Source: Caldisericia bacterium (lineage in GTDB: Bacteria; Caldisericota; Caldisericia; JAAYUI01). From it: 64,000 nt of DNA. The notes under the pieces are model-generated. The model saw nothing but the letters and a program-made list of their open reading frames with translations. It was not told the DNA's origin and searched no databases. This document shows positions 1 to 8,777 of the stretch, in pieces (positions within the stretch are counted from its first letter, which is position 1; each line of letters opens with the position of its first letter). Where the stretch lies: positions 1,568,001 through 1,632,000 of the forward strand of contig OY771555.1 in the NCBI GenBank assembly GCA_963674785.1, given 5' to 3'. A program made the position numbers and the translations under genes.

Positions 1-215
1 GAGTCTGTTTTCTTCTCGGCAATTATCAATATTGCCCCTTTTGAGGCAGCAGACTTTGTGTAATCGTGTCCATCCGACTTGTCACCTCTGATACAAAAGA
101 AAACCTCTCCTGGGGCAACGATTCGGCTATCAACAGCAAAACCTGTTACCTCAGTGTCTGATAATCTTTGGTTTGAGCCTATTGTGTTTGCAATTTCTTG
201 AATAGTTAGATTCAT
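1..215 (-). CDS. murF: UDP-MurNAc-tripeptide:D-Ala-D-Ala ligase MurF, 5' part (runs off window edge)
   Basis: Hand translation from ATG 215: MNLTIQEIANTIGSNQRLSDTEVTGFAVDSRIVAPGEVFFCIRGDKSDGHDY (Mur ligase N-terminal DSR and DGHDY motifs); ATGA overlap with the murE stop; dcw gene order. Confidence 0.85.
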   Translation of the reverse strand, partial: MNLTIQEIANTIGSNQRLSDTEVTGFAVDSRIVAPGEVFFCIRGDKSDGHDYTKSAASKGAILIIAEKKTD

Positions 216-1675
216 TCGAAACCCCTCTTTTTGAGTGACTCAACTGCGACAATCCTGTCATCCTTGATGAGTTCACCTTTGACATACATTCTCTCTTGGT
301 CGCCCCTTGCAAGGATTGCCAAACAGTCGTCATCTTTTGCATGTTCAACTGCGTAGGCAACAGCTTCTTCTCGGTTTTTTATTATCATGTGGTTTGCGCT
401 GATATTTCCAAGCATGTCTGCAAATTGAGAAACAGTTTCATCGATGTCTTCTCCTTGAGAAAGCCCGTATGTAACTATTGTTTCATCAGAATAATCCTTC
501 AGAACTCTTGCAATGTTTTCTCTTGCCATGATGTCACCATCACCAACCATATAGATTATTGTTGTGATTTTTCCTTTGCAGAATTTTTTCAGATGAGAAA
601 GCACAAACAGAACTGAGCTTTCAGTGTTTGCCTTATCAACCAAAATTGGAAAAGGTTGACGTTTTTCAATCCAGTTCCATCTACCAGAAATCGGTCGAAA
701 TGTCTTGAAGCAGTTGACAAAATCATTGATCTCATAACCAAGACCATGAATCATTCCAAAAACTGTAAGCATATTGATTGTGTTGAGTTCTCCAGCAATC
801 GGGACAAAGATATCATAGTCTTTGCCAAATGCAGAGATTTTTGCTTTCGAGCTTGTCAATCCTAGGTCGAGTTCTTTTATATAAAGATCACCTGAAGTTT
901 TTCCAAATGTGATTACGTTCAGACCTTTTGCTCTTTTTTTTGCCTTTTCAAAGAATCCGTCGTCTTTGTTTAGGATGATCGATCCATCTTTTTTTACCAA
1001 ATCAATTGCCATCATTTTCGATTCAACATATGCATCAAATGTTTTTGCAAGCTTCACGTGATGGTTATAGGTGATATTTGAAATGGCAACCGAATCGAAT
1101 TCAAACCCAATCAGTCGTCCTCTTTCGAGTCCAAAGTTTGACATCTCAAGGACTGCATGTTTACTACCCTCATCACTCATCACTTTGAAATAATCATCAA
1201 GAATGGTGACCGGAGGAGTTGTTCCTGGATTTGATTTGTCAAACTGGACATCCCCAGTTGGGAGGATATGACCAGCAGTTCCTATTAAACCAAGTTTTGG
1301 ATCAACTTTTTTTAATGCGTGCGCAAGAAGGTGTGTGGTTGTTGTTTTGCCATTTGTTCCCGTTACACCACAGAGCCTTAGTTTTTTTGAGGGAAATCCA
1401 TTAAGGGCATGTGATAGTTTTGCAAGTACGGTTTTCGTGTCGGAGACCACAATGACAGAATCAGAATCAAATGGTTCTTCAGAAAAAACAACTGGGCATC
1501 CTGCTTCTAGAGCTGTTTTAATATATTTGTGTCCATCGGTATTATCTCCACGAAGAGCAACAAAAATCTTTCCAGGAGCTGACTTTCTTGAGTCAAAAAT
1601 AATTTCATCAATATCTGGATTTTCTTTGTAACTATTATCAAATCCAGCTTTTTTGAGTAATTCATTGAGTTTCAT
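212..1675 (-). CDS. murE: Mur ligase in MurE position (divergent C-terminal motifs)
   Basis: DSRK, DGHKY and GVTGTNGKTTT P-loop; lies between PBP and murF; start moved to ATG 1675 (SD AGGTGA). Confidence 0.8.
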   Translation of the reverse strand: MKLNELLKKAGFDNSYKENPDIDEIIFDSRKSAPGKIFVALRGDNTDGHKYIKTALEAGCPVVFSEEPFDSDSVIVVSDTKTVLAKLSHALNGFPSKKLRLCGVTGTNGKTTTTHLLAHALKKVDPKLGLIGTAGHILPTGDVQFDKSNPGTTPPVTILDDYFKVMSDEGSKHAVLEMSNFGLERGRLIGFEFDSVAISNITYNHHVKLAKTFDAYVESKMMAIDLVKKDGSIILNKDDGFFEKAKKRAKGLNVITFGKTSGDLYIKELDLGLTSSKAKISAFGKDYDIFVPIAGELNTINMLTVFGMIHGLGYEINDFVNCFKTFRPISGRWNWIEKRQPFPILVDKANTESSVLFVLSHLKKFCKGKITTIIYMVGDGDIMARENIARVLKDYSDETIVTYGLSQGEDIDETVSQFADMLGNISANHMIIKNREEAVAYAVEHAKDDDCLAILARGDQERMYVKGELIKDDRIVAVESLKKRGFE

Positions 1676-1676
1676 A

Positions 1677-3488
1677 TTATTTGTCACCTTTGATGTAGAG
1701 CATGCTTAAAACCTTTGGAGCAATCTCAGAAAAACACGGGATTGCGACAGTTGAACCCCACGGAGTTGTTCCACCGGCGGATGCTTTTGGATACTCAATG
1801 GTCGTAAAGATCACGACCTTTCTTTCGGCAGATGGGTCTGCGGGCACGATTCCAACGAAGCTACAGTTTCTTTTGCTGGTATTGTATCCACCAATCTCTT
1901 TGTCCCAAATGTGTGCAGTTCCGGTTTTTCCGGCAACTGTGTACTTTTCTTTTAGTTTAGAAACTCCACCATATGCATTGGTGTTTTCAGTCAAAAGATT
2001 CATTGTTCTTAAGGCCGTTTCTTCAGATATTGCACGGTGACTCTCCTCTGGTTTATAAATTTTCGATTCACCGTTATTTGGATTGTAATCTTGTCTTACG
2101 ATTATTGGATCAAGCATTATCCCTTTGTTCGCGATTGCTGAATAAGCCATTGTGAGCTGTAGTGGGGTTGCTGTCATTGAGGTTCCAAAAGACATTGCGG
2201 GAAGATCGGTTGCATATTTTGGTTTATTGAAAACACCAGTACTCCCGCCTAAAAAAGAATTTGGTGTTCCACCAAGCCCGAATTTTTTCATTCCATTATA
2301 GAATTTGTCTTTTCCAAGTTTTTGTCCGACCTGAATAAACCCCATATTGCATGAATTTTGTAGGATTTCTAGCAAGTTTTGAGTTCCATGTGCCTTTAAA
2401 GGACATGTGAATCTTTTGTCAGCGATAACCGTCCAGCCCTTACAATAAAACTCTGTTTCTTCGTTAATGACGTCTTCTTCAAGAGCGACTGCGGTCACAA
2501 GACCCTTGATGACTGAGCCAGGGTCATAGGTGAAATTTGTCGCCCTGTTCATGTTTCTTATGGATTCTTCTGTCTCTTTCCACTTGTTCAGATTGAAATT
2601 TGGATATGTTGCCATCGCAAGAATTTCGCCTGTAAAAGGATCACACACAATTGAACAGCCACCCTCTGCATCCCATTTTTCACAGTGTTTTTCAAGAGTT
2701 TTTTCTGTTTCCATCTGGATCATGCTATCAATTGAAAGATATACATCGATTCCATCTGTTGCCGGTTTTATGGTTATATCGTAATTGTTTGAGCTAAGAT
2801 TTTGGCTATGAATTCTTTCACCGACTTCTCCTGACAACATATTATTTAACGCATACTCAATCCCTGATAATCCTTGATTATCTATACCTGTCCATCCAAT
2901 AAGGTTCGAGGCTAGGAAACCTTCGGGATATAAGCGTTTTGTTGCTCCATTAATGACAATGCCTTCAAGATTAAATTTTCTGAGTTTCTCTGCATCCTTT
3001 GCGCTTACCTCTCTTGCGAGAGGCTTATAGGTGGTTTTCCCTTGAATTGTCTTGTGAACTGTATCTTCATCCAGATTGAGGATGTTGGCTATGACAGTTG
3101 CCATACCCTTATCGTTTTCAATGTCCTCAGGTCTTACTTCAAAAAGAGAAGATATTGCAAGTTTGTTTGAGTCTATAATAGGTTGCATTTCCTCGGATAT
3201 TGTTCCGGCAAACCACCCCTTGTTACTGATTCTTTTTGGTTCTACACCAACATCGTATTTGAGGATGTTTGTCGCAAGTGGGTAACCATGTCTATCAAAG
3301 ATTTCCCCTCTCGTTGGGAGTATAGTTTTGCTGGATGTCTTGCCGATACTCCCAGCTTTTTTCACAAAAGCGTTGGCATCAATAAACTGAACTTTGAACA
3401 GTTTTAATACAAGCAAAGAAAAAAGGATAAGAATGAAAACCAGGATTAAGCCAAGCCTTGGTAGGTTTGGTTTGAAGTCATTTCCCAT
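1677..3488 (-). CDS. ftsI: Class B penicillin-binding protein (FtsI/SpoVD family)
   Basis: N-terminal TM, RGEIFDR, RLYPEG, GLSGIE, SxxK (GSVIK), SCN and KTG motifs; dcw context. Confidence 0.9.
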   Translation of the reverse strand: MGNDFKPNLPRLGLILVFILILFSLLVLKLFKVQFIDANAFVKKAGSIGKTSSKTILPTRGEIFDRHGYPLATNILKYDVGVEPKRISNKGWFAGTISEEMQPIIDSNKLAISSLFEVRPEDIENDKGMATVIANILNLDEDTVHKTIQGKTTYKPLAREVSAKDAEKLRKFNLEGIVINGATKRLYPEGFLASNLIGWTGIDNQGLSGIEYALNNMLSGEVGERIHSQNLSSNNYDITIKPATDGIDVYLSIDSMIQMETEKTLEKHCEKWDAEGGCSIVCDPFTGEILAMATYPNFNLNKWKETEESIRNMNRATNFTYDPGSVIKGLVTAVALEEDVINEETEFYCKGWTVIADKRFTCPLKAHGTQNLLEILQNSCNMGFIQVGQKLGKDKFYNGMKKFGLGGTPNSFLGGSTGVFNKPKYATDLPAMSFGTSMTATPLQLTMAYSAIANKGIMLDPIIVRQDYNPNNGESKIYKPEESHRAISEETALRTMNLLTENTNAYGGVSKLKEKYTVAGKTGTAHIWDKEIGGYNTSKRNCSFVGIVPADPSAERKVVIFTTIEYPKASAGGTTPWGSTVAIPCFSEIAPKVLSMLYIKGDK

Positions 3489-3783
3489 GAGCCTCGATCC
3501 ACTCCTTTGGATTAGGCAAATATTTTGGTTGCTCGTCTGTTCTCATGCCAAAAAGCTCTTCAGCTTTTTTCTTTAACTCTGCAAGTGATGCTTGTTGGCT
3601 CTGCTCTTCAAGACTTGCTTTTTCTTGTCTCAGATTGCTAATCAGATTCCTTTTTTCTTTGTTGATATTGTCTTGTGTGAGAACTCTTTGAGTCTGAATT
3701 GTATAAAAAACCAGATACATAATTGCTGATAGGATGATTAGTGACCAAATGAAAACTCGATTGAATCGTCTTCTTTTTGCCAT
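3478..3783 (-). CDS. ftsL: Cell division protein FtsL-like
   Basis: Basic N-terminus, one TM, coiled coil, AEELFGM; located between rsmH and the PBP. Confidence 0.7.
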   Translation of the reverse strand: MAKRRRFNRVFIWSLIILSAIMYLVFYTIQTQRVLTQDNINKEKRNLISNLRQEKASLEEQSQQASLAELKKKAEELFGMRTDEQPKYLPNPKEWIEAHGK

Positions 3784-4694
3784 TAATCAATTCTCCTTAT
3801 TGCTCTTAGTTTTGCAGACCTTGCAGCCGGGTTGTTTTTTATTTCATCATCAGATGGAACAACTGGCTTTTTCGTGAGTATCTGAAACTCTTCCTTGTCT
3901 GAATTCTTAAAAATATTCTTGACTATTCTATCCTCAAGAGAGTGATACGCAATCACAACAAGTGTCCCGCCAGGAAAGAGAACATCTAAGCATTTGGGGA
4001 TAGCGGTTTCAAGGTGTTCAAGCTCCCGATTGATGAAAATCCTCAGAGCCTGAAATGTTCTTGTTGCAGGGTGAATCTTGCCATGTCTGCCTACTGATTT
4101 TTGGATAATATCTGCAAGTCTTCCAGTTGTTAGAATCTTTTCTTTTCTACGTTCAGTTATGATACTTTTTGCAATGTATCTTGATTTTCTCTCATCCCCA
4201 TATTTCCAGATTATGTCTGCCAATTCATCTTCGGGCAGTGAGTTAACATAGTAGCTGACCGGATCTCCGTCAGTTGCGTCAAGTCTCATGTCAAGTGGTT
4301 GATCATCTGAAAATGTGATTCCACGCTTGAAGTTTTTTATGTGAGCCATTGAGATACCAAGATCAAGAAGGATTCCATCGACACCATTTATTCCATGTTC
4401 TTTGAGCTGTTCTTTTATCTGGCTGTAGTTTGAGTGGATTTGAGTAACTCTATCCTTGTATTCAGTTAGATTCTTTTTTGCAAGTATCATCATTTCAGAA
4501 TCTGCATCAAAGCAATATAGATTTGCATTTGAGTTTTTTAAGAATAGAAGTGTGTGTCCACCCTCACCTGTTGTTCCGTCAACAATTGCGGAACACTGTG
4601 ATGGATTTATGAATTCCATCACTTCGTCGGGCATCACTGGAGTGTGATACCGTCCCAGGTGAACTGTAAGCCGGGTTCTGTCTTGTGCTGTCAT
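3783..4694 (-). CDS. rsmH: 16S rRNA m4C1402 methyltransferase RsmH (start codon uncertain; lies inside rnpB)
   Basis: HTPV, DGTTGEGGH, DLGIS, PLDMRLD, HPATRTFQALRI, YHSLEDRIVK, ARSAKLR motifs. Confidence 0.93.
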   Translation of the reverse strand: MTAQDRTRLTVHLGRYHTPVMPDEVMEFINPSQCSAIVDGTTGEGGHTLLFLKNSNANLYCFDADSEMMILAKKNLTEYKDRVTQIHSNYSQIKEQLKEHGINGVDGILLDLGISMAHIKNFKRGITFSDDQPLDMRLDATDGDPVSYYVNSLPEDELADIIWKYGDERKSRYIAKSIITERRKEKILTTGRLADIIQKSVGRHGKIHPATRTFQALRIFINRELEHLETAIPKCLDVLFPGGTLVVIAYHSLEDRIVKNIFKNSDKEEFQILTKKPVVPSDDEIKNNPAARSAKLRAIRRID

Positions 4695-4987
4695 TTATCT
4701 ATCGCGGTCTACCCGAGAAGCTGAGCGAGCAACCCTTAACCTTCTCCTATTTGACCTTGCACCAGATGGGGTTTACCAAGCCGACATGTCACCATGACGC
4801 TGGTGAGCTCTTACCTCACCTTTTCAACCTTACCGATTCCGACTACTCGGAATTTAGGCGGTGTGTTTTCTGTGGCACTTTCCCTAGGGTCACCCCCGCT
4901 GGGTATCAGTCCAGCATCCTGCTCTATGGTGCCCGGACTTTCCTCCCCTGAAAATATTTCAGGAGCGACCGCACATTCACCTGGAAC
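4652..4987 (-). ncRNA. rnpB: RNase P RNA, bacterial type A
   Basis: Minus strand has GAGGAAAGTCCGGGC, AGTGCCACAGAAAA, GGTAAACCCC and ACAGAACCCGGCTTA; P1 pairs GTTCCAGGTGAA (4987-4976) with TTCACCTGGGAC (4663-4652). Confidence 0.97.
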
Positions 4988-4994
4988 ACTGTGA

Positions 4995-5023
4995 ATTATA
5001 TTGAATATCTATACAACAATCAA
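4995..5023 (-). promoter_or_regulatory. sigma70-type promoter of the rnpB/dcw operon
   Basis: TTGATT-17bp-TATAAT ending 7 nt before the rnpB 5' end. Confidence 0.75.
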
Positions 5024-5030
5024 TGATTTT

Positions 5031-5621
5031 TTATCTGAGTTCTTTTATTGCGGAATCAAAGTTGGAATAAAAACCGTTTACACCACTTTGGTCGGTATAC
5101 AATGTTCCATCGGGTCTCAAAAGCACTATGTAAGGATATCCCGTTACCCCATATTTATAGACAGCTTCCTTATTTTCATCCACAAGGAATGTCCACGGAA
5201 TTTCATCCTGTTCCTTGTTCATTTTCGCAGTTTTTGTATCTTCTCCACAATTGATTGAGAGGAAATGGACTTCATCTTTGTAGATGTTGTAAAGATTTTT
5301 AATTTCTGGGGCAAGAACATGACACCAATGACACCAGGATGCCGTGAAATCAAGAAGAATTGGTTTTCCAGCGTAGTCACTCAAACTATGAATATTTCCC
5401 TCTGTGTCGGGCAGAGTGAAGTTCTTTGCGTTTGGTGAAAGCTTCATTGTTGCGCTTGGGGAAGAGTCCCCAGAAGGCAGGAAAACAACGATCAAGATTA
5501 TAACTAAAACAACTATGATTGCTGATAGAAGCCCAATAAAAAGATTATTTCTTTTGTGTACCTTTTTTTCAGCAACCTTCTTTTTCATCATTTTGGCTTT
5601 TCGGCTAAGCTTATTGCTCAT
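5031..5621 (-). CDS. Membrane-anchored TlpA/ResA-like thiol-disulfide oxidoreductase
   Basis: TM anchor, AKNFTLPD, FTASWCHWC (CxxC), GYP cis-Pro loop. Confidence 0.85.
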   Translation of the reverse strand: MSNKLSRKAKMMKKKVAEKKVHKRNNLFIGLLSAIIVVLVIILIVVFLPSGDSSPSATMKLSPNAKNFTLPDTEGNIHSLSDYAGKPILLDFTASWCHWCHVLAPEIKNLYNIYKDEVHFLSINCGEDTKTAKMNKEQDEIPWTFLVDENKEAVYKYGVTGYPYIVLLRPDGTLYTDQSGVNGFYSNFDSAIKELR

Positions 5622-5625
5622 GATC

Positions 5626-6903
5626 TTACTCCGATCTGATCAAATTTATATCTCCTGATACTGTTCTAATCATCATACCAGAATCACCATTGCCAATTGT
5701 GAAGTTTCTATTTTTTATGTCAAGACCCTCGGAAGAAATATCCCCGCTTGTTGTTGCAATTCCTCCTCTTATCGAGTTTTCTATATTATCTGAAAAGATG
5801 ATTTCAACATCTCCTGAGGTTGTATTGATTGTGGTATTTCCGGATGTTGCAAAGTAATTATCAATTTCAATTTCACCGGAAATTGTTTTGATTCTCGCGT
5901 TCCCTGGATCTATTATGTCGCCTAAAAAAATATCTCCTGAGGTCGTATTGATTTCAAAGTTACCAGAGTTTGATTTGCACTTAACTCGTCCAGAGATTGA
6001 TGACATGTTTGTATTATCTGCCATTCCGATATTTATATCACCAGAGGTTGTTTTAAATGTTGAATTGCTTGCTTTTTCACAAGAAATATCTCCAGAGACT
6101 GTTGAAATCATGCTTGAACCTTCAAGATTTCCTGCGGAAAAGTGACCACTTTTCAGATTTGTTATGTCAAGGCTTCCTGTCCAATCACCGATAATTTCAA
6201 AATCGTACAACTTATCTTGTGTGGTGATTGATGCTGTTGGGTCATAATAGACAGAGATTTTCAGGTCATAATAGAAATCAGCTTTGGATAAGCCTTTGAC
6301 GTTTAACATGTAATCATCCAAAAGCTCAATATCAAGTTCCAGGCTCTTGTTGATATCGCTTCCTGTTTTTTTGGCTCCCACTTCATAATCAATTCTCTGA
6401 TTTTCGCTTGTGGGGATTATTGTCACTTCGACTTTTTCAGCATGATTATCATCAACACTGATCCTGAATTCATTGATTGGGAAGCTATATAATCCAAGAG
6501 GGTATGAGTTTTCAAATGTCTGTTTTACTTCCCCATGCCAGCCAAAACTGTCAAAATTGAAGAGCTCACCCAAGTTTGAAAGAGTGATTTGTTTTGGTTC
6601 TTCAGGTATTCGCAAAAATGCTCTGGTTGATGTTCCACTTGAACCCGGTGAGGATGCAACCATTAGGATCACCAGCAAAACTGTGAAAGCCAGAGAGCCA
6701 ATGTAGTTAATATCATCCCTGCTAAAAATAACGTTTAACCCAATAATGATGAAGATGATTGGCCAGAGCTTCCAGAAATATGGGAAGTAACCGAAGTCTA
6801 CCCACCCAAAATTACAAAACAGGATATAAAGACCCACCAGCAAAACATTTATTCCACCAATCAACCGACCTACATTAACAGCACTTGGGTTCCTATCTTC
6901 CAT
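5626..6903 (-). CDS. LiaF/DUF5668-like membrane domain plus DUF4097 beta-repeat protein (envelope stress)
   Basis: LWPIIFIIIGL N-terminal TMs; repeated TxSGDI motifs in the C-terminal half. Confidence 0.75.
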   Translation of the reverse strand: MEDRNPSAVNVGRLIGGINVLLVGLYILFCNFGWVDFGYFPYFWKLWPIIFIIIGLNVIFSRDDINYIGSLAFTVLLVILMVASSPGSSGTSTRAFLRIPEEPKQITLSNLGELFNFDSFGWHGEVKQTFENSYPLGLYSFPINEFRISVDDNHAEKVEVTIIPTSENQRIDYEVGAKKTGSDINKSLELDIELLDDYMLNVKGLSKADFYYDLKISVYYDPTASITTQDKLYDFEIIGDWTGSLDITNLKSGHFSAGNLEGSSMISTVSGDISCEKASNSTFKTTSGDINIGMADNTNMSSISGRVKCKSNSGNFEINTTSGDIFLGDIIDPGNARIKTISGEIEIDNYFATSGNTTINTTSGDVEIIFSDNIENSIRGGIATTSGDISSEGLDIKNRNFTIGNGDSGMMIRTVSGDINLIRSE

Positions 6904-6977
6904 AATCTACCCACTCTCCTTGAAAATATTGCAATATTTCTCTTAAGTATTTCGACACAGAGAAAGCGAAAACGTTT

Positions 6978-8777
6978 TTAGTCTTGTGGTAATCGAATTG
7001 TAAAAACCGTTCCAGTGCTATCTGATGAGAATGAAATTCTTCCACCATGTGCCTTTATTATCTCATCACAGATTGACAATCCAAGGCCTGTACCTTCTGC
7101 TTTTGTTGTAAAGAATGGTGTAAAAATCATCACTGCATCATCTTCTGAGATTCCACTTCCAGTGTCTGTTATGTCTATGATGTGCCAGTTGCCTTCAGAG
7201 TAAGATTTGATGGTTAATGTTCCGCCAGTTTCCTTCATAGAGTCTCTGGCGTTGATTATGAGATTAAGGATAACCTGGTAAATTCTCTTTTCATCAACAT
7301 TTACCCACATATTGGGCTCTGTTTGTGTTATCACTTCGATGTTTGATGACTTAAGATTTACCTCTTCGTTGGTTACAGCCTCGTTCAGGATATTTGATAG
7401 GTCAATCCTTTGTCTTGAGAGTGGTTTTTGCTTAACAGATGAGAGAAGATCAGTGATAAGAGACTCCAGTCTGCTTACTTCTTTATCTATTCTTCCAAGA
7501 TATTTTTGTTGGTTTGGTTCAGTTACTTTCGAATTGAGAAGTTGGACAAACCCCTTTATTGATGTCAGGGGATTTCGCACTTCATGCGCAATTCCGCTTG
7601 TGAAAAGCCCAAGTCTCGCAAGAGATGCAGAACGCTCGGATTCAAGAGTATTGATAACAGATTCTGTCACATCTGATACAGCAAGAATTGCCTCTTTTTT
7701 ATTTCCAAGGTCAACTGGGATTGCCCTCATGTTGTAATATCTGTAACCTTTGTAAATCTTGATTCTTGTTGCACCACTACTCCAGATTGATCTTGAGACA
7801 ATCACGTCTCCAATGTTTTCTTTGGCGATTCTGCCAATTTCGCCCATTGTTTCAATGTCTTTATCAATTGTATCATCTCTTGATAAACCTGTGATTTTTA
7901 ACATTGAAGGATTTACTTCAAGTATTGTTAGGTTTGAATCAAGTACGGCAATTCCAGTTCCGACAGCATCAAGAACGCGTTCCGATCTACTCTTTGATTG
8001 AAGAAGGTCAAGAGCGAGCCTGTTTGCGGTGTCTGCAATCTCACCAAGTTCACCCGAAATTCTTGGGATAGGTTTGTGTAGGTTTTTTGATAGACTTGCG
8101 ATTCCAGTTTTTACTTTAAGGATTCCTGATGAAAGGTTGAAACCAAGAAGAAGAGCAAGAAGGACGCCGATTATGATTGTTATCCATACAGATAACCAGA
8201 TAGAGTTCTCGATGTTTTCAAGGTCTTCATCGAGTTGCTTGTATGATTGAGAGGCATATGAGACGACAAGTGGGGGTTTCCAGTCAGAATCCCCGAGAAG
8301 ATCGTTGACCAGCAATTCAGGGTTTTCGGGATATATGAGCTTAAGCTTCAATTGTCTTGGATACCATGCTGTTTCAAAACTGTCAGAATGGCTAATCAGA
8401 TTGTTGGGTCTTCCATTTTCGCCACCAACACTTATAAAACCAACTGAGGAAGACTCATATGAGTTGACAATTTTTTCTGCAATATCTTCAGATGTCCCCT
8501 CCCATCTTGAGTCTATATATGAGTCAATGAATTCTGAATCTGCCTCAATTCCAAGATCGGGTCTTGTTGAGACGATGCTTTGTATCTTTGACACAAAGCT
8601 ATCAGGAAGTTGTGAGGTTATGTATTCAAGTTTCTCGGTTCTCTCGGTAAGGAGTGTTTGCCTTGCCTGCTTGGATGCAACAAATCTGAACATGAAAGCT
8701 CCAAGCAAAACAAACAAAACCAGGAAGAAGACAATTTGAATCCTGATCGATGTTAAAAAGTACGGTAGCCTTTTTAT
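6978..8777 (-). CDS. PAS/HAMP sensor histidine kinase (AtoS/NtrB-like); probable start at ATA 8777
   Basis: Two TMs, PAS, H-box AHEVRNPL, N-box NLIINA, G1 DTGSG, PFFTTK, GTGLGL. Confidence 0.9.
   Translation of the reverse strand: MKRLPYFLTSIRIQIVFFLVLFVLLGAFMFRFVASKQARQTLLTERTEKLEYITSQLPDSFVSKIQSIVSTRPDLGIEADSEFIDSYIDSRWEGTSEDIAEKIVNSYESSSVGFISVGGENGRPNNLISHSDSFETAWYPRQLKLKLIYPENPELLVNDLLGDSDWKPPLVVSYASQSYKQLDEDLENIENSIWLSVWITIIIGVLLALLLGFNLSSGILKVKTGIASLSKNLHKPIPRISGELGEIADTANRLALDLLQSKSRSERVLDAVGTGIAVLDSNLTILEVNPSMLKITGLSRDDTIDKDIETMGEIGRIAKENIGDVIVSRSIWSSGATRIKIYKGYRYYNMRAIPVDLGNKKEAILAVSDVTESVINTLESERSASLARLGLFTSGIAHEVRNPLTSIKGFVQLLNSKVTEPNQQKYLGRIDKEVSRLESLITDLLSSVKQKPLSRQRIDLSNILNEAVTNEEVNLKSSNIEVITQTEPNMWVNVDEKRIYQVILNLIINARDSMKETGGTLTIKSYSEGNWHIIDITDTGSGISEDDAVMIFTPFFTTKAEGTGLGLSICDEIIKAHGGRISFSSDSTGTVFTIRLPQD

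Noticed and set aside
4685-4994. + strand ORFs 4685-4951 and 4794-4994
   Set aside because: Antisense to rnpB; these are the usual spurious ORFs over RNase P RNA
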